Positions 1-13,566 of a stretch of DNA of 64,000 nucleotides are shown here, piece after piece; the first letter of the stretch is position 1; each line of letters opens with the position of its first letter. Under the pieces are notes generated by a model. The model was given only the letters and a program-made list of their open reading frames with translations, was not told the origin of the DNA and did not search any database. The position numbers and the translations under genes are program-made. The stretch is taken from NCBI RefSeq assembly GCF_009914755.1, contig NC_060933.1; one strand, written 5' to 3'. This DNA comes from the human T2T-CHM13v2.0 reference genome, Homo sapiens.

Positions 1-548
1 TTCCAGGAGTAGTCATTGTTGAGTCAGCACTAGAACTCGGGTTGTCTGACTCCTAGGTTGCAAACAGGACAGAGCATGTGGTGTTTAAGGAATGGAAAGA
101 GGTTTGGTATGACTGGAGTGCGCATGAAAAGAGGAGAGTGGAGAGGGCCTGGCAGCCTTGTTAAGAAGTTTGCATAGCTTCTGAGAACAATGGGCAGATT
201 TGAAGGTTAAAACCCTTCAGGCAAGTCATTGATCAGAATTTTCTTTCAGCTGCTATGTGGAGGGCAGACTATTATTTGGACAAGTCAACGACATTGGAGA
301 TGGGGACCAGCCAGCAGGCTACAGCAATAGTCCAAATGAGAGAAGAGAGTGCTTGGACCAAGGCAGTAGCAATGGGGATGGAGAGAAATGAGCAGATTCA
401 ATGGATATTTAGGACAGAGATGCAGTGACCTTGAGCAAACGCTTGCCATAAGGCAGGCCTTTTTCCGTGGTGACATGTAGAGGCACAAACTTTCTAAGCA
501 GTGAAGATGGTGGAGCCCCTGCTTCCCGCTAATTTAAATTCCAGAGAA

Positions 549-844
549 GGCCGGGCGCAGTGGCTCACGCCTGTAATCCCAGCACTTTGGGAGGCCAAGA
601 CAGGTGGATTGCTTGAGCTCATGAGTTTGAGACCAGCCTGGACAACATGGTGAAATCCCATCTCTACAAAAAATACAAAAATTAACCAGGCATGGCGGTT
701 CATGCCTGTAGCCCCAGCTACTCCGAGGCTGAGCTGGGAGGATGGCTTGAGCCCAGGAGGCAGAGGTTGCAGTGAGCTGAGATCACACCTCTGCACTCCA
801 GCCTGGGCGGTAGAGCCAGACCTTGTCTCAAAAAAAAAAAAAAA
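549..844 (+). mobile_element. Alu, full length (J-like)
   Basis: GGCCGGGCGCAG start, A-rich linker, A tail; TSD AAATTCCAG. Confidence 0.93.
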
Positions 845-2530
845 TTCCAGCAAAAATTATAAAATCACAACACTCTCCTTTTCCTAAAGCACCAAAAAGA
901 TTTCAAAAGCATTTTTCCATCTTCTATTTTATGTAAGTCTAAGAGGAAGATGTGACTATAATCTCCACAGATGTGAGAAGTGACCTACCCAAGGTCACAT
1001 GGCTGACAGAAAGATCTAGAATCTAACTCCAGCTCTAGTGCTCTCTGGTACACCACAGAGTGTCAGAGCCCAAAAGAACCTCAAAAATCGTCTGCTCCAA
1101 TTTCCACATTTTAATATGCGGAAAACAAGGCCCAGAGAGAAGTGACTTGGCCAAGGTCACACAGCAAGTAAAGGCTTAGAGTAGAACCAAGGACTCTACT
1201 CCCAGAAAGGTTTATATCAAGGCATTTGGACCATGGAGGTGAGAAAGGACCAGATTAATCCCCACTAGCAATGGTCCAGCCTCCCCCTCCCTGACTGAAT
1301 GCTGCTGAAGAAGTGAGACTTCAGCTAATGGTCAGCCCACCTGGGCACTGCCACCTCCGACCCAGTTACAAGCATACCAAGCTCATGAATGGCCGGTACA
1401 CACTGCCCTGCTACCCTACCCCTCTTGTTCCTAACCTGGACAGCAACTAAGCTGTCCTGGGTCGATGGTGCCACCTGGTGGCTGGTGCTGGGAAGTGTCT
1501 GACTCCCTCACTTTCGTCCTCCACTGTTCAGTCCCTCAAGAGGCTATGCCTTTCTTTCTATTTCCTCTCATAGATCAGTTAATTTTGCTACAAGCAATGT
1601 GTTTCTCACACATACCTTCTCTCACACCTTTTATCCTTCTTCCTCTCTCAATTTTTCTCAAATTACCTTAAGACATTCTCTTGTTCTCCCTCTCCCACAG
1701 TTTATTCTAACACAGGGATAAAATGCCCCAAGGAAGGACTAACACAAATGTTAATTTGTACTAATAAAAATGAAAACTAGAAATTTCAAAGTAAAATTAA
1801 ACACATGCGGGCACACACACACCTCGCCCCCACCCCCCAACCCTCCCACACACACACATGAGTCAACCAGAAACATTCCAGAAACACCCAGAAGCCCCTG
1901 TGGAATCAGAACAAAAATCTCCCCTTTCTCAACTGTCTTTTAGACCTGCTTTTCCTCAAATGCCAGGAGTCAAGATAAATACCAAACCCACTTCTTTATT
2001 TTATTTTGTTTCATTCCCAATCAATAGCATTGCTAGGTTTTCTTCCCATCAAAAATATGCCCCAGATGGGGTCTCCAGGAGGCTGCAGGCTAGTACAGAG
2101 CTAAGCTGGATGGGGAGAATAGGCAGGGTTCTGAAACACTCACTCCCCAGGCTCTCGGGTGGCACGAGCTGGCTGCTGCTGGCACAGAAGAAAGCCTGCT
2201 GGAGGGAAATCAGACCTCAAGCCCTACCAACAATCTGCTGGGAAGGGGAGAAGGCTCTGTAGCTATGTCTTTCCGTGGGAGCTCAACCTGGGATAGAAGC
2301 AAGTAGCACTACATACATATCCCAATCGGCTAGTGGAGGATTTCCAAAACCCAGTGTGTCTTGTCACTCCCTCCTCAGCTCAAAGACCTGCCATGGCTCC
2401 CACTGTCTTAAGGAGCTAAGAACAGGAGAAATGACTGATGACACCTTTCTTTTAACTGAAACCACTTAATTGCTCACCTTATCTATATGAGTGATAAGTA
2501 GGCAAGTTCAGACTTTGCAGCAGCCTGAAG

Positions 2531-3131
2531 CAGAAATTTTCAAAGTGTAGTCCAGGGAGCCCTGCCAGGGTTGGAAGAAGGGGTCCCCAAGATACTTTCA
2601 GGTGATCTGTGAGGACAAAATTATTTTCATTGTTTTTTTATTTTACTTTAAGTTCTGGGATACACGTGCAGAATGTGCAGGTTTGTTACACAGGTATACA
2701 TGTGCCATAGTGGTTTGCTGCACCTGTTATTTTCATATTAATGCTAATGTGTGATTTGTCTTCTTCACTCTCATTCTCTCATGAGTCTACAGTGGAGGTT
2801 TTCAGAAGCTGTAAGATGTGTTCCATCACAACGGAGTGAATACAGCAGCAGCTATGAGAGTCCAGCTGTTTTCTATTAAGCCAGACACTAAAGGGATCTG
2901 CAGAACTGTAAGCCAATGCCATTCATACTAAATTTTGGGTTTGGAAGATTCGGTTCTTTCTTATTTCAAAAATATTATTTATGTTACTTGTTTGTTACTG
3001 TTATTTTTAATAAATAAATATTTTAAACTTTCATCCATTTTAATTAACCCTCATAAACTAAAGCTCCTTGAAGTCCTTGATAATTTTTAAGAGTTTAAAG
3101 GGACCCAGGACCAAACATTTGAGAACTGCTG
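2531..3131 (+). mobile_element. hAT-Charlie DNA transposon fossil (Charlie4a-like)
   Basis: Degenerate terminal inverted repeats CAGAAATTTTCAAA / TTTGAGAACTGCTG; internal GAGTCCAGCTGTTTTCTATTAAGCCAGACA motif. Confidence 0.65.
2631..2726 (-). mobile_element. Severely 5'-truncated L1PA 3' end inside the Charlie element
   Basis: TTTAAGTTCTGGGATACACGTGCAGAATGTGCAGGTTTGTTACA is an L1PA 3' UTR end; TSD TTATTTTCAT at 2621-2630 and 2727-2736. Confidence 0.8.
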
Positions 3132-3379
3132 CCCTACAATAATGCCAAGAGGACTTGAGATGGAACCAGGAGAAACTCAAAATTTTGGTGCCAGAAAAAA
3201 CCTCAGCAATTCATTGATCTCCTGTTTTAGATGGAAAAACTGAGGCCCAGACAGAGAAAGGGACAGGAAGAAGGGACACAGCAGGGGCAGGGGTTTGAAG
3301 CCTTGTAAATTCTCTGACCCACAGGCTATGCAGCCAGGGATTAAACCATATTCCCAAGCCAGAGAGAAAGGACTGTGGG

Positions 3380-5700
3380 ATTCTCTTCCCCATGGGGCAG
3401 CAGGGCATGCAGGGTGGAGAAAGCCAAGGCCATTTCACCTCAAGTTCCAGACCGCCTTGGCAGGGGACTGCCCACAGCAGATGAGACTATATCCCCCCCC
3501 ATCGGCCCCACCACTCTTTTACTGGTTGGCCCCCAAACTGATTCCCTGAACTGAGATCCCCACATGGCAGCACCCTGCCCTCTCCCATACCCCCAGGGCT
3601 CTCCCGAACACCAGTACACCACCCCATGGGAAAAGGAACTGGGGGTAAGAGGAGGGGGAGGGGCTGGGGCAAACCAGGTGCGCAAACAGAGAGGGTGGGG
3701 GTTCAGCGGCGTTGGCTCTCACGGGGGCTCTCGCTCACTGAATCAAAGTGAAACTTGGGGACCCAGGAGCGAGGAGGAACCGAAACCTGAGCCCCCACCC
3801 GTGGGACAGGCCCTGGGCACTAGGGAAAGGCCCCAGGAGCCCCTCCAATTGGCCACCTGGCCTCAGATGCCCTGCGTTACCACAGAGGCCTCCAGCAGTT
3901 GTCTATCTGGGTCTCAGCTGAGGTGCCCACAGCTACAAGATCAGGACAGAGATCACAGGGGAGAGTGGCCCACCAGGCAGGGAGATGGAAACCAGGTCCT
4001 CACCATCTGTGCCACTAACTGCCCCCTGCATACCCTTGGGCCAAGCCTGCGCCCTCTGTGCCTGGACTACCCTACCTGCAGGGTATAGAGCACATGACCT
4101 GCCAAGGAGTGTGGCTGCTTGGCCACTGCCCTAAGTTCTTGCCTCCGCTACCCTACCCACCTCTGGCCTGTAAGCCTGACTACCCACTTCCCTGACCACA
4201 CACATACACGCACGCACACTCGGCCCCACCGGCCAGTTCCAGGATCTGCCTCCCATTAGCTTCAGCTGCCACAGGCAGAGACTGAGCCAAACTGGTTTCT
4301 TTAGAGTTCATGCTAAGACTCCAGAAGCTCAAAGACCTTCAGGCCAAGGAAAACAGAGCACAAGTGCCGAGAGCAACTTGAGCGGGGAGCACATGAGAAC
4401 TCGGGCCCAGCAGCCCCAGATGACTGTTGCCTTGTGGGTTGCCAGGCTGCCAGCTGCCCCAGGGTTGCCAGATCTGATTTTTCTTCCCCAAAGAAGCCAG
4501 GCATCCATCCATACATGAAATTTCCTGATTTTGCAATGTTGGTAACTAATTCAAAATCATCATCAATACAGGGCAAGCCAAGGAAAGCATGGCTGCCAGG
4601 CTGCCAATTCCCCCCTGGGTTCTATGTGATGCCCCCACCACGACCACACCCCAGCAGAACCTTGGTCCTTACTCCTTCCTAGACAAAAAGAGAACTCAGG
4701 GAACAACCCACCTCTCTACATGAGGGGACATGTAGACACCTCTCTACATCCAGGGGACAGCACACAGAGGGCCAGGGAGGGGACCTGCCCTTGGAAAGCC
4801 CCAGCAGAGGCCAAGACAAAATGGTGGTAACCTCCTTCCTGCCCCCAAAGCCACACTGGGAAAAGGAGATGGAGAGCCTGCCTGGTCACCCATACTCCAC
4901 ACTGGACCCTAAAGAATCCTTGGGTCTCAGCCAGTTGTGAAGGACCAATGACCCAACACTGGAAATCCCCACAGGGGAGTGGGCTGGTTCCAGAAAGCCA
5001 GGCCAGGTCCAGGCTCAAGGACAGCATTCCAGGTGGCAGGCCCTGAGTGGGCAATGGCCTGGAGACGGGAAGCTGAGCCAACACACAGGGACTGGAGGCA
5101 CAGGAGGAATGAGCAGGAGGAAAGGGAGGCCCGCGAGAGAAGGGCAGGGCTTCTCTCAAGAACTGAGGTCAGTGCGGGGGGACGTGTGGGCAGCACCCCA
5201 TGGGGAGATAAGACTGATGGGGCTGGCTGTCAACAGTGGGGATGGCGGACGGCCCTGTGAGAATGGAGGAAAGGAGGGAGAGGAAAACTGAATTTATCAC
5301 ATCGAAAGGCAAGGGATGCCAAGGATTTTCCACAGAGCCATCCTCTCTCTCTAGGTTTTGGGGGTTTTGCTGTGTGATCTGGGCAGACCGCCTCTCTTCT
5401 CTGAGCCTGTTTTCCCATGCGAATGACGGAGCGGGGCGTCTCAGGTGCTCTCCAAGGCCCTTCCAGCTCCCATGGGGGAGTCTCGAGGTCCAGGCTGGTG
5501 GCCCCAACAACCCCTCAGACGCCCAGCCCTCCCAGGCCCAGGGTGCTACCCTCTGCCCCCACCCTGGAGGCCTCCACCCCCCTGTGCTCCCTGTGCCTCT
5601 CTTCAGGGAAAACTGGGGCCTGACCCTTTTCTTCTGCCATGAAGCAGGCTGGGAGACTCAGCTTCCTAAAGGCAAAGGAGGAGGAAAGTGAGTGGCCCTT
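3380..5700. promoter_or_regulatory. Candidate B-cell enhancer in intron 5
   Basis: EICE GGAACCGAAA at 3776-3785, IRF-like AAAGTGAAAC at 3745-3754, NF-kB GGGGATTTCC (minus) at 4961-4970, four CCCATGGG EBF-like cores, several E-boxes. A PU.1/IRF/NF-kB enhancer is known in mouse Pax5 intron 5. Confidence 0.5.
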
Positions 5701-6509
5701 CATTCTGCAGCCGACACCTGGGGGCACTGTTGTTCAGCCTGGATGCCCCGGGCTCCCGGCTGCAGGCAATCGGCTTCTTCAGTACTATGGAATCGCTCCG
5801 TGGCTCCACAGCTCCAAACAGGAAGGTGGTGGTGGGCGAACCAGCCAGTTCCAGCTGCCAACAGGACCGTGGCTAAAGCCTGCTGCCCTCTGCCATGACG
5901 GGCCTCACGTCCTCAAACATAGGCCTCTCCGTGGCCATCTACTCAGCATTGACTACAGCCAGGCCCTGGGGCCACGCCCTTGGCAGCTGTCACTTCACTT
6001 CATTTTATTCTCACTGTAACCCACAAGGCTTGCGTCAACTCTATTCGCCAGATAACAAAATGGAGGTGCAGAGAGATTAAGTAACTCGCTACAAGAAGTC
6101 CTCAAACCATTTCATCCCTGCCCATGAGCCTGTGCCTTTGACTCAACACCTTATTTGGGGCTCTCCAGGGATCAGAGATCTGTGAACTCTCAATCCCACA
6201 GGGGCTGCCTATTACTCCTGACTCAGGAATCCTGAGCTTTTCCACATACCCATCCCTTCTGGGAGCTCTGAGAGGGCTCTCCCCACTTCCTGCTTCTGTT
6301 TTCTGCCCTCATCCCGGGAGCAGCAGACAGCATCTATGCATCCAGGGAAGGAAAAGGGTCCTAGGAGAGAAAAGACCAGGACCTGCCCATGTCAGAGGGG
6401 CCCAGGGCCCCAGCACGGTCTGTGAGCTTCTGAAGCCCCTTCCCTCTGGCCATAGCTCCCGTGGAGGTCTGCTGGGCAGGGCTGAGGGGGCGTCCAGCCT
6501 GAAAGAGAC

Positions 6510-6700
6510 AGGGGAAGAGGGGATTTGGGGAGAGAGAGAGATAGCAAGAGAGAAAGGAAATTGAATGAGTGAATGAGTGTGAGAGAAAGAGAAGAAGGAG
6601 AGGGAGAGAGAGAGTGTGTGTGTGAGAGAGAGTATGTACGAAAAAGAAAGCTAGTGAGAGCTAGACCGGGAGACAGAAACAGACACAGAGGAAGGTTCAA
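6510..6700. repeat. GA-rich low-complexity tract with a short (GT)n
   Basis: GAGA runs and GTGTGT at about 6614-6624. Confidence 0.75.
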
Positions 6701-8260
6701 TAAACAGGAAATAAAGCCAAATAACACAGAATGAGATGCACCCCCAAAGACATGGGGAGAGACACAAAAACAGACAGGAGACAGGCATCCCCAAAAAGGA
6801 AGTCATAATGGGAGCACCTGGCTAAATGCCCCCCAACAAACCTCCCCATGAGAGTCTCATCAGACTTGGCATCTTCTGGAAAGGACAGGCCACCTCTGAA
6901 CCCTGGCTGCCCTTCCTGTGCCCTCCTTAGAAGGTAGTCCAGAGCCCAGAAGGCTGGAAACTCACTTGCAACGTACCCCTACTGCCCAAAAAGAAACCTC
7001 TGGCCCCCACAGTCCACACTGGCTGGACAGGTCAGCTTTCTAAACTGGTGAAAGGGATTCGCACTCCGCTGACCTCAGTGTGTTCAGGGCCTTTCAAACT
7101 CAGGGCCCTGTGAGTTATTGTGAGGGGGACAGGGAGGGGACCTAAGTGGGGAGAGCGGCGGAAGGAGGTCTCACTAGAGATCAAAAGCCCAGGAAGGAAC
7201 CCAGGGTCTGAGGCTGCCCTTTCACCCATGGCCGCTATTCACAGCCCTGCCTGCTTTGCCAAGTCTCTCCCTGCCACCACCTCCTCTGGGCCTTCCGGAG
7301 AGGGAGGTGCTGACTCAGCCTCCATTCCCCTCACCCAGCAGGATTCCTGAGCCATGCCACAGCTTCCTCGACGAAAGCTCTCAGTTCAAACCAACCAAGA
7401 GACAAAGCGACATCTCATAACTGGGTGGCACCCCAGCCTGACCCTCAGAGCCATCCCGCAGGCCTCCCAGGCATCCGTGTGAACCGGGGCTGTGCCGAGA
7501 GGCTGCGCTGGGGATAGAAATGATTTGTGGCCCCTGCCCTGTCAAGTCCACATGAGTGGCAGCCTCAGGGTCAGGCAGCAGAAGGGAAAGACAAGTGGGT
7601 AGATGCACTTGCAGACACAGTACTGGCACAGAAGCATTGGCCACCCAGGCTAGAACAGGCCTGCCTCAAAAGTCACAGAGTCCGAACCAGAATGTCATCC
7701 TTGACTCTTCTGCTCCTCATTTGTCCAGCGCCTGCTCACACCTCTGATGATGGAGAGCTCACTACCTTTCTAAGATAAAGCTTCCATTCTTGGCCCAGCC
7801 TGGCTGCTTCTGAAAGCCGTATGTTGCATTCAGCCATAATCTGCCTCCTGCAGCTTCCTTTAACCAGCCCCAGCTCTTCCTCCAGAGGCCACAGAGATCT
7901 TACCTGCTGCTGAAGAACAGTTCATCTGAGACTTGGACATAGTGGCCATATACCCGAGTCTGGTCTTGGAGGCAGGCATCCTAGGAAGAACTCTAGAATC
8001 TCTATACTGAAAGGGCCCTTCGCCAATCCACTGGCCTAACAATATTCTAGTTAGTTTGTTTGTCTTTGCTCCAGAACTCTACTCGGAGCTTTCTATGGAA
8101 GCCCAAAATACCAAACAAAAGCACCCTTGACTGAGGATAGTAGAGGTCCCTCCACTCACCCTCGTTACTAATTGTGAACCCTCTAAAGGAATGTGACTGA
8201 TCCACTCTACCAAGGAGCACTTACTGAGCACCTACTATGTGCCAAGCACTTGTATTAGAG

Positions 8261-8722
8261 CTGTGTTGTCCAATACAGCAGCCGCTAGTCCTATGTAGCT
8301 ACTGTGCACTTGAAATGTGGCCAGTACAATCGAGGAGCTAATTTTTTTATTTGATTTGATTTTAATTTTAATTTTAAAATAGAAGCAGTGTAAAATATTT
8401 GTCCCACTAAACACAGCTTTATTGTTTTGGTAGGACTACATCTAACTTTAACTGTCAAACGTTTCGCATCCAAATTGAGATGTACTACATGTGTAAAATA
8501 CACACCAGATTTCAAAAACTTGGCAGCAAAAATAAGAGAAAATATAGCATCAAATTTTTTATATGCTGACATGTTGAAATGATGATATTTGGGGTATACT
8601 GGATTAAATAAAATATATTATTAAAATTAATTCCACTTGTTTCTTTTTACTCTTTTTAATGTAGTTACTAGATCATTTAAAATTACACGTGGCTTGCATT
8701 CTACTTCTGTTGGATAGTGCAG
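8261..8722. mobile_element. hAT-Charlie fossil (MER33/Charlie1-like)
   Basis: Termini CTGTGTTGTCCAATAC / TTGGATAGTGCAG; shares AAAATACACACCA and TTGAAAT blocks with the element at 24998. Confidence 0.65.
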
Positions 8723-10177
8723 GGCTAGTCACTTTCATGTTATCTTTTTACCTGAAACACTCAGCAGAGTGAATGTTTCTTGAGCATCTGAGACACATAG
8801 CTCAAAACTATCTCCCTAAATGCTTCTAGACTAAATGTTCGAAAGCCTCCGTCAAAGTCTAAGCCACCCACATCTCTCTACCTCTCTCCCTTTCCAAATC
8901 CTGCCGTGCTGGTCCTCTCCCTGCACATGCTCACCAGAGTCCCAGACTTGGCACAATCTCTCTTGCCTTTGATTGGAATGCCCTCTCCTCCCTTTACCCA
9001 GCTCTCAAATGCCACCTCCTATGAGGAGCCCCCAAGATCCTTTTGGTCAAAACTGGCCCTCCCTGCCTTACTCTTTCCCCCAATGTCACCTCACCCACTG
9101 CCCTGCTCATCAGAGGAATTTCAGCTTGCCAGTCTTGCTCGCCAGCTTACCCTCTGTGGTTGGATCCTATCACCCGTTCACCTCTGCAAGATCTGGGCAG
9201 GAGGGTGGCCCCAGGAAATGCCCTCAGAGCAAAACTCAAGTCTAAGCTGGGGATGACTGTGAACTAGGCAGCAGAGTAAGCAACTCCACCTTGCAAAGCC
9301 TCAGTCACCTCATCCGAAAAATGGGCAAGGACCCTCAGCTGTCTTCCTCTTAGCTCTCCATTGCCTCTCTTACCCCATGATTCTTCTCTCAGGCTGCTGA
9401 TGGTACCGCACTGGAGGCCAGAACCCTCACAAATCCATGGTTTGCAGCTGCCATGGGCCAGCCGGCCAGTGTGCCTGAAATATCCCTGTTTCCCCAGTGG
9501 CTGCTTCTTACTTTCTCTGCTCTCCTCCAACCTCTGGCCTTCAGGTCTCACTTCTCTCTCCGCATCCAACCTGCTAATCATGCCCTTCTGATTGAAACTC
9601 TTCCCCATACCGGCCCCAGGCTCTGCCCAGCCCCAGACTGCTCCGCCTCCAAAGCGCATCTCTGAAAGGGCTGAGGGACAACAGGTAGCTGGAAAATACC
9701 AGGGAACTGAGGCCTCAGGGGCACTCCAGCTCCTCCTGACTCCCCAGTCCATACCAGCTGTATGGCTGTGTAGCCTCCATCCCCTCCCCTAGTAAAACGG
9801 AAGTGACAGTCTCTGCCTCTTTACCTCCCCCTAGGGCCACTGCAGGAATCCAGAGAGATACAGAGAGAGGATGGGAAACATCAGAAGGGGGCACTTATGC
9901 AATACCCCCGACAGACACTTCCCTGGTGTGAGCCCGGCCATTGCTGCCCACCCCTGGGATCAAACGTGCATACTCTCAGTGGTGTGGGGTAGGAGTTAGG
10001 GGGAGGCTCTGGTTGATTGGGTTTGTCCCCCACTCTTTCCACTCCTATAAGCTTCCAGGACCATCAAGTCATTCTCCCTTCTACCACAGACCACTGACTG
10101 GACTGCCCCCTAAGTCTTCCTGAGGATCAGGACTCTACCATATATATCAGAACTGGAAAGATTTCAAAGATCACCCA

Positions 10178-10330
10178 GGCCAGGAACAGTGGCTCATGCC
10201 TGTAATCCCAACACTTTGGGAGGCCTAGGCAGGCACATCACTTGAAGTCAGGAGTCCAGGATGAGCCTGGGCAACATATCAAAACACCGTGTCTATTTAT
10301 TAAGAAAAAAATTTTAATTAAAAAGTAAAA
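10178..10330 (+). mobile_element. Alu monomer (FLAM-like)
   Basis: Single arm plus A-rich tail; TSD AAAGATCA(C/T)CCA. Confidence 0.85.
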
Positions 10331-12179
10331 AAGATCATCCAATACCACATCTGATTCTTGATACTCTGTTGGCAGCCCAACAAGTGGCCACTTAGTCTCT
10401 GCTTACATATCCCCAGAGATAGGGCACTCATTACCTCCCGAGGCATCTCCTTTTATCCTAGGCCACTCTCATATGTGCAACTTGGTTCTTTATAAACTGA
10501 GGTGAAATCACCTCTGCATCAGCCACACACTTTAAGGCCATGCAATGAGATCTCATTCCTTCCTCCTTCCATGTCAGCCCTCCAAATACTTGAAGGCAGC
10601 AATCCAGTCTCGCTTATTCTGCTCTTCTTTGTGCCAAAATATCCCTAGAGGCTTGAGGTGTTCCCAGATGCTGTATCAGATCCCTCTTCGCCCAGGACAC
10701 AATCCCATTTGTCACCGCCCCTCTTAAAGGTCAATACCCCCAAATGGGCTGCAGTCCTCCTCCGGGCATGATCTGAGTAGTACGGAGTAGTCAAGACCAA
10801 CACCACCCACATTCTGACCACGCTATACCTTGTAAAGGAGCTTGAGGGGCAAAACCATGACTGCTGGTCAGACTGCAAGCCAATATAGCACTCCGAAAAC
10901 AAAGTAAATAATGCCCCCAGGCCAGAACCTGTCTGTTTGGTGGTAAACATCAAACTAGCTTTTCTCTTTCCCCAAAAATCTCCACCTGGATCCCTCAGCC
11001 TCTGGGGGAGTCTCACACAATCTGTCCCTCCACCGTGAACAAATACATCCAGGCCCCAGCTTAGGCACATCTGCTGCGAGTCCAGGTGACAATGGGAGAA
11101 AAGATGATACCATCAACCTCATAAAACAACAGAGATGGCAGGCCCACTGCCTCCTGCAGCAACACAGCACCGCAGCCTACTGAGTTAAAGACGTCTGACA
11201 TCTGCTCAGGAGCAGCAGGAGCAGAAGAGAGAGGCAAGGCAGGTTCCAAAAGCCGCAAATCTTCCCCACACACCCCCACGGTTCCAAACCGAGGCCACCG
11301 GCTCTGCTTCTGCACTGCTGGCAACACGCAGACCACAGGCCAATCCACGGCTGGGCCGACTCAATTTTCTAGTTACAGATCTTAAGTACTTAGGCATGTG
11401 CTCATGAGAACACACATCCCTTACACAGAGCTGAGAAAGGGAATTGTGCTGAGGAACAGAATAATTGAATCAAGATTTCTGTCACGCTGCTCTCAGGCCC
11501 TAGACCACAGCTCTGGCTTTTTTTTTTTTTTTTTTTTTTTTTTCTTTTCCTGACTAAGGTTTTACAGGCTCCCAGGGGGTCTTTTCTCCTCTCAAACCCA
11601 TTAATGTCAGCCAGTACTGGCAGCCCATACAGGGGAAAGGAGCCCCAGTTAAGGTGTCCGGTGTCCAGGATGGAGGTGGCTGGCTCTGGAGACCCAGGCA
11701 CCACAGGGCCAGGCCCGTGGAGGGGCTGAGAAAAACCAACCGGGAAGATTGTCATCTTTGTAATCCCCCCCAACACCCCCGCACTTCTTCCTTCCAGACC
11801 CAAGGACAAAGATGAGATGATTATTAATTTCCTCAGCACCGCCCCCCAACACCATCATCAGGGCTGAAGGCCTTCTCTGTCTGCTGAGACGTGTGCAGGG
11901 CCTTTCAGAGAACCCACCCCTCCGCCCTCCGCACGTGTGCCCCTCTCACGGTTTGGCCAGCCCCCTCTCTCTGGTCCAAAGCTCCTCCACAAAGTGGACT
12001 TGGGTGTGGAGCCCAGCACACCCTGCCCTCGGGCCGCATATCTGCACGCACACAGGGTCTTCTTAAAGGCCAAAGCTCAGGCCACAAGGGCTCTGCCAGG
12101 CCCGCTGCTTCTATCCAAGGGGTGACCATGGGGGAGGCCAGCAAGAATGCCACAGTCTCACCCTGCTGCCTGTCTGTCT

Positions 12180-12700
12180 TGCGGAGGGCTCAGCCCTTTC
12201 CCGTGTTCACGAAAAGGACAGCGTGCGGGCCGGGGGACTCGCTCCTCTGCAGGTAAGGGGGGTGTTCGCGGGCACCTCTGCTGCCACCCGCGACCGAGCG
12301 CCGGAAACAGACCCCGTGGAGCGCATCCCCGACGGGGCTGCGCGGGCCTCTCTTACCTTCGTCTCTCTTGCGCTTGTTGGTGTCGGCGCTGGGGGACGTG
12401 ATGCCCAGGATGCCGCTGATGGAGTACGACGAGCCGGCCGAATCCGTGCTCACCGAGGACACCTGCGTCACGGAGCCAGTGGACACTGCGCGGAGAAAGA
12501 CGGGCGGTCAGGGCCGCAGAGGGCTGAGGGCGGCGGACCGGCTGTCACCGCACGTGAGGCTGGGGGCGGCTGGGAGGGAGCGAGCGCAGGGTGGGCAGGG
12601 GGCGCTGAGGACCCTCGCTCTGCGGAGGCGGCCACACCTGAGCCACGAGCGCAGGCCTCGGGCGGGCCGTGTGCCCCAGTTCTCTGCGATGGGGGGAGAA
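12180..12700. promoter_or_regulatory. Intragenic CpG island over exon 5
   Basis: Dense CpG and high GC compared with the flanks; boundaries approximate. Confidence 0.8.
12357..12485 (-). CDS. PAX5: PAX5 exon 5 (octapeptide YSISGILG at 12426-12403; basic NLS NKRKRDE)
   Basis: Acceptor CGCAG|TG, donor AAG|GTAAGA; 129 nt; matches ORF 12190..12486. Confidence 0.98.
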
Positions 12701-13263
12701 AGGGAAGGGTGGGCACTGAGAAGGACTGACCCCTGCAGAAAGGAACACGGGGACACGGGGACAGGAAGGGCTTTCGCTTAAATTCCAGCCTATCCATGGA
12801 TGCAGGAAGCAGGGGATGGAGAGGAGAAAGAGGGGAGCCGGGGCCCACCAACAGTCAGTGCTTAAAAAAAAAAAAAAAAAAAAAAAAACCTGAACTACTC
12901 GTTAGGCATTTCACCACCTGCCTGCACACCCAACCCAACCTTGGGTGCAAACACAACTACCTGAGCACAAACTCACGCGCACGGCTAACAAACTCCAAAC
13001 CGCAGAGTGCCCCTTCTTTTTATAGTTTTCTTGCTGCCTTTTCTCCTTCCAGTTTCCCCCGATTTGATTTTAATATTAATTATGACAATAACAATAACTA
13101 ACATTTTCTGAGAACTTACTCTGTGCCAGGCATTGAGGCATTATCTCATTTAATTCTGAGAACAATCTTAGAAGCTAGGAAATGTGATAATCCTATTGGA
13201 AAGGTAAAACTCAGAGAAGATAAGTGGCTCACCCAGGATCATACAGCTAATAAGAGGCAGAGT

Positions 13264-13566
13264 GCCTGGTGCCGGGGCTCACGCCTGTAATCCCAGCACT
13301 TTGGAAGGCAGACGTGGGAGGATCACTTGAGCTCAGGAGTTCAAGACCAGCCTGGCCAACATAGCAAGACCTACCAAAAAACTTTAAAAAAAAATTAGCC
13401 AGGTGTGGTGGCACAAGCCTATAATCCCAGCTACTTGGGAGGCTGAGGCAAGAGGATCACTTGAGCCCAGGAAGTCGAGGTTGTAGTGAGCTATGATTGT
13501 GCCACTGTACTCCAGCCTGGGCAGCAGAGCAAGACCCTGTCTCAAAAATAAAAATAAAAAATAAAA
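13264..13566 (+). mobile_element. Alu (J-like) inserted in MIR-like sequence
   Basis: Dimeric Alu; TSD AAGAG(G/A)CAGAGT. Confidence 0.9.

Larger units (their letters stand above)
1..12356 (-). other. PAX5: PAX5 intron 5 (partial; exon 6 lies beyond the window start)
   Basis: Follows the exon 5 donor; no further PAX5 coding sequence recognised before base 1. Confidence 0.85.

Noticed and set aside
494-887. Alu-derived ORFs here and at 13384, 17562, 52357, 53085, 53861, 56175, 62232-62690 and 63071
   Set aside because: Typical translated Alu peptides; not genes.
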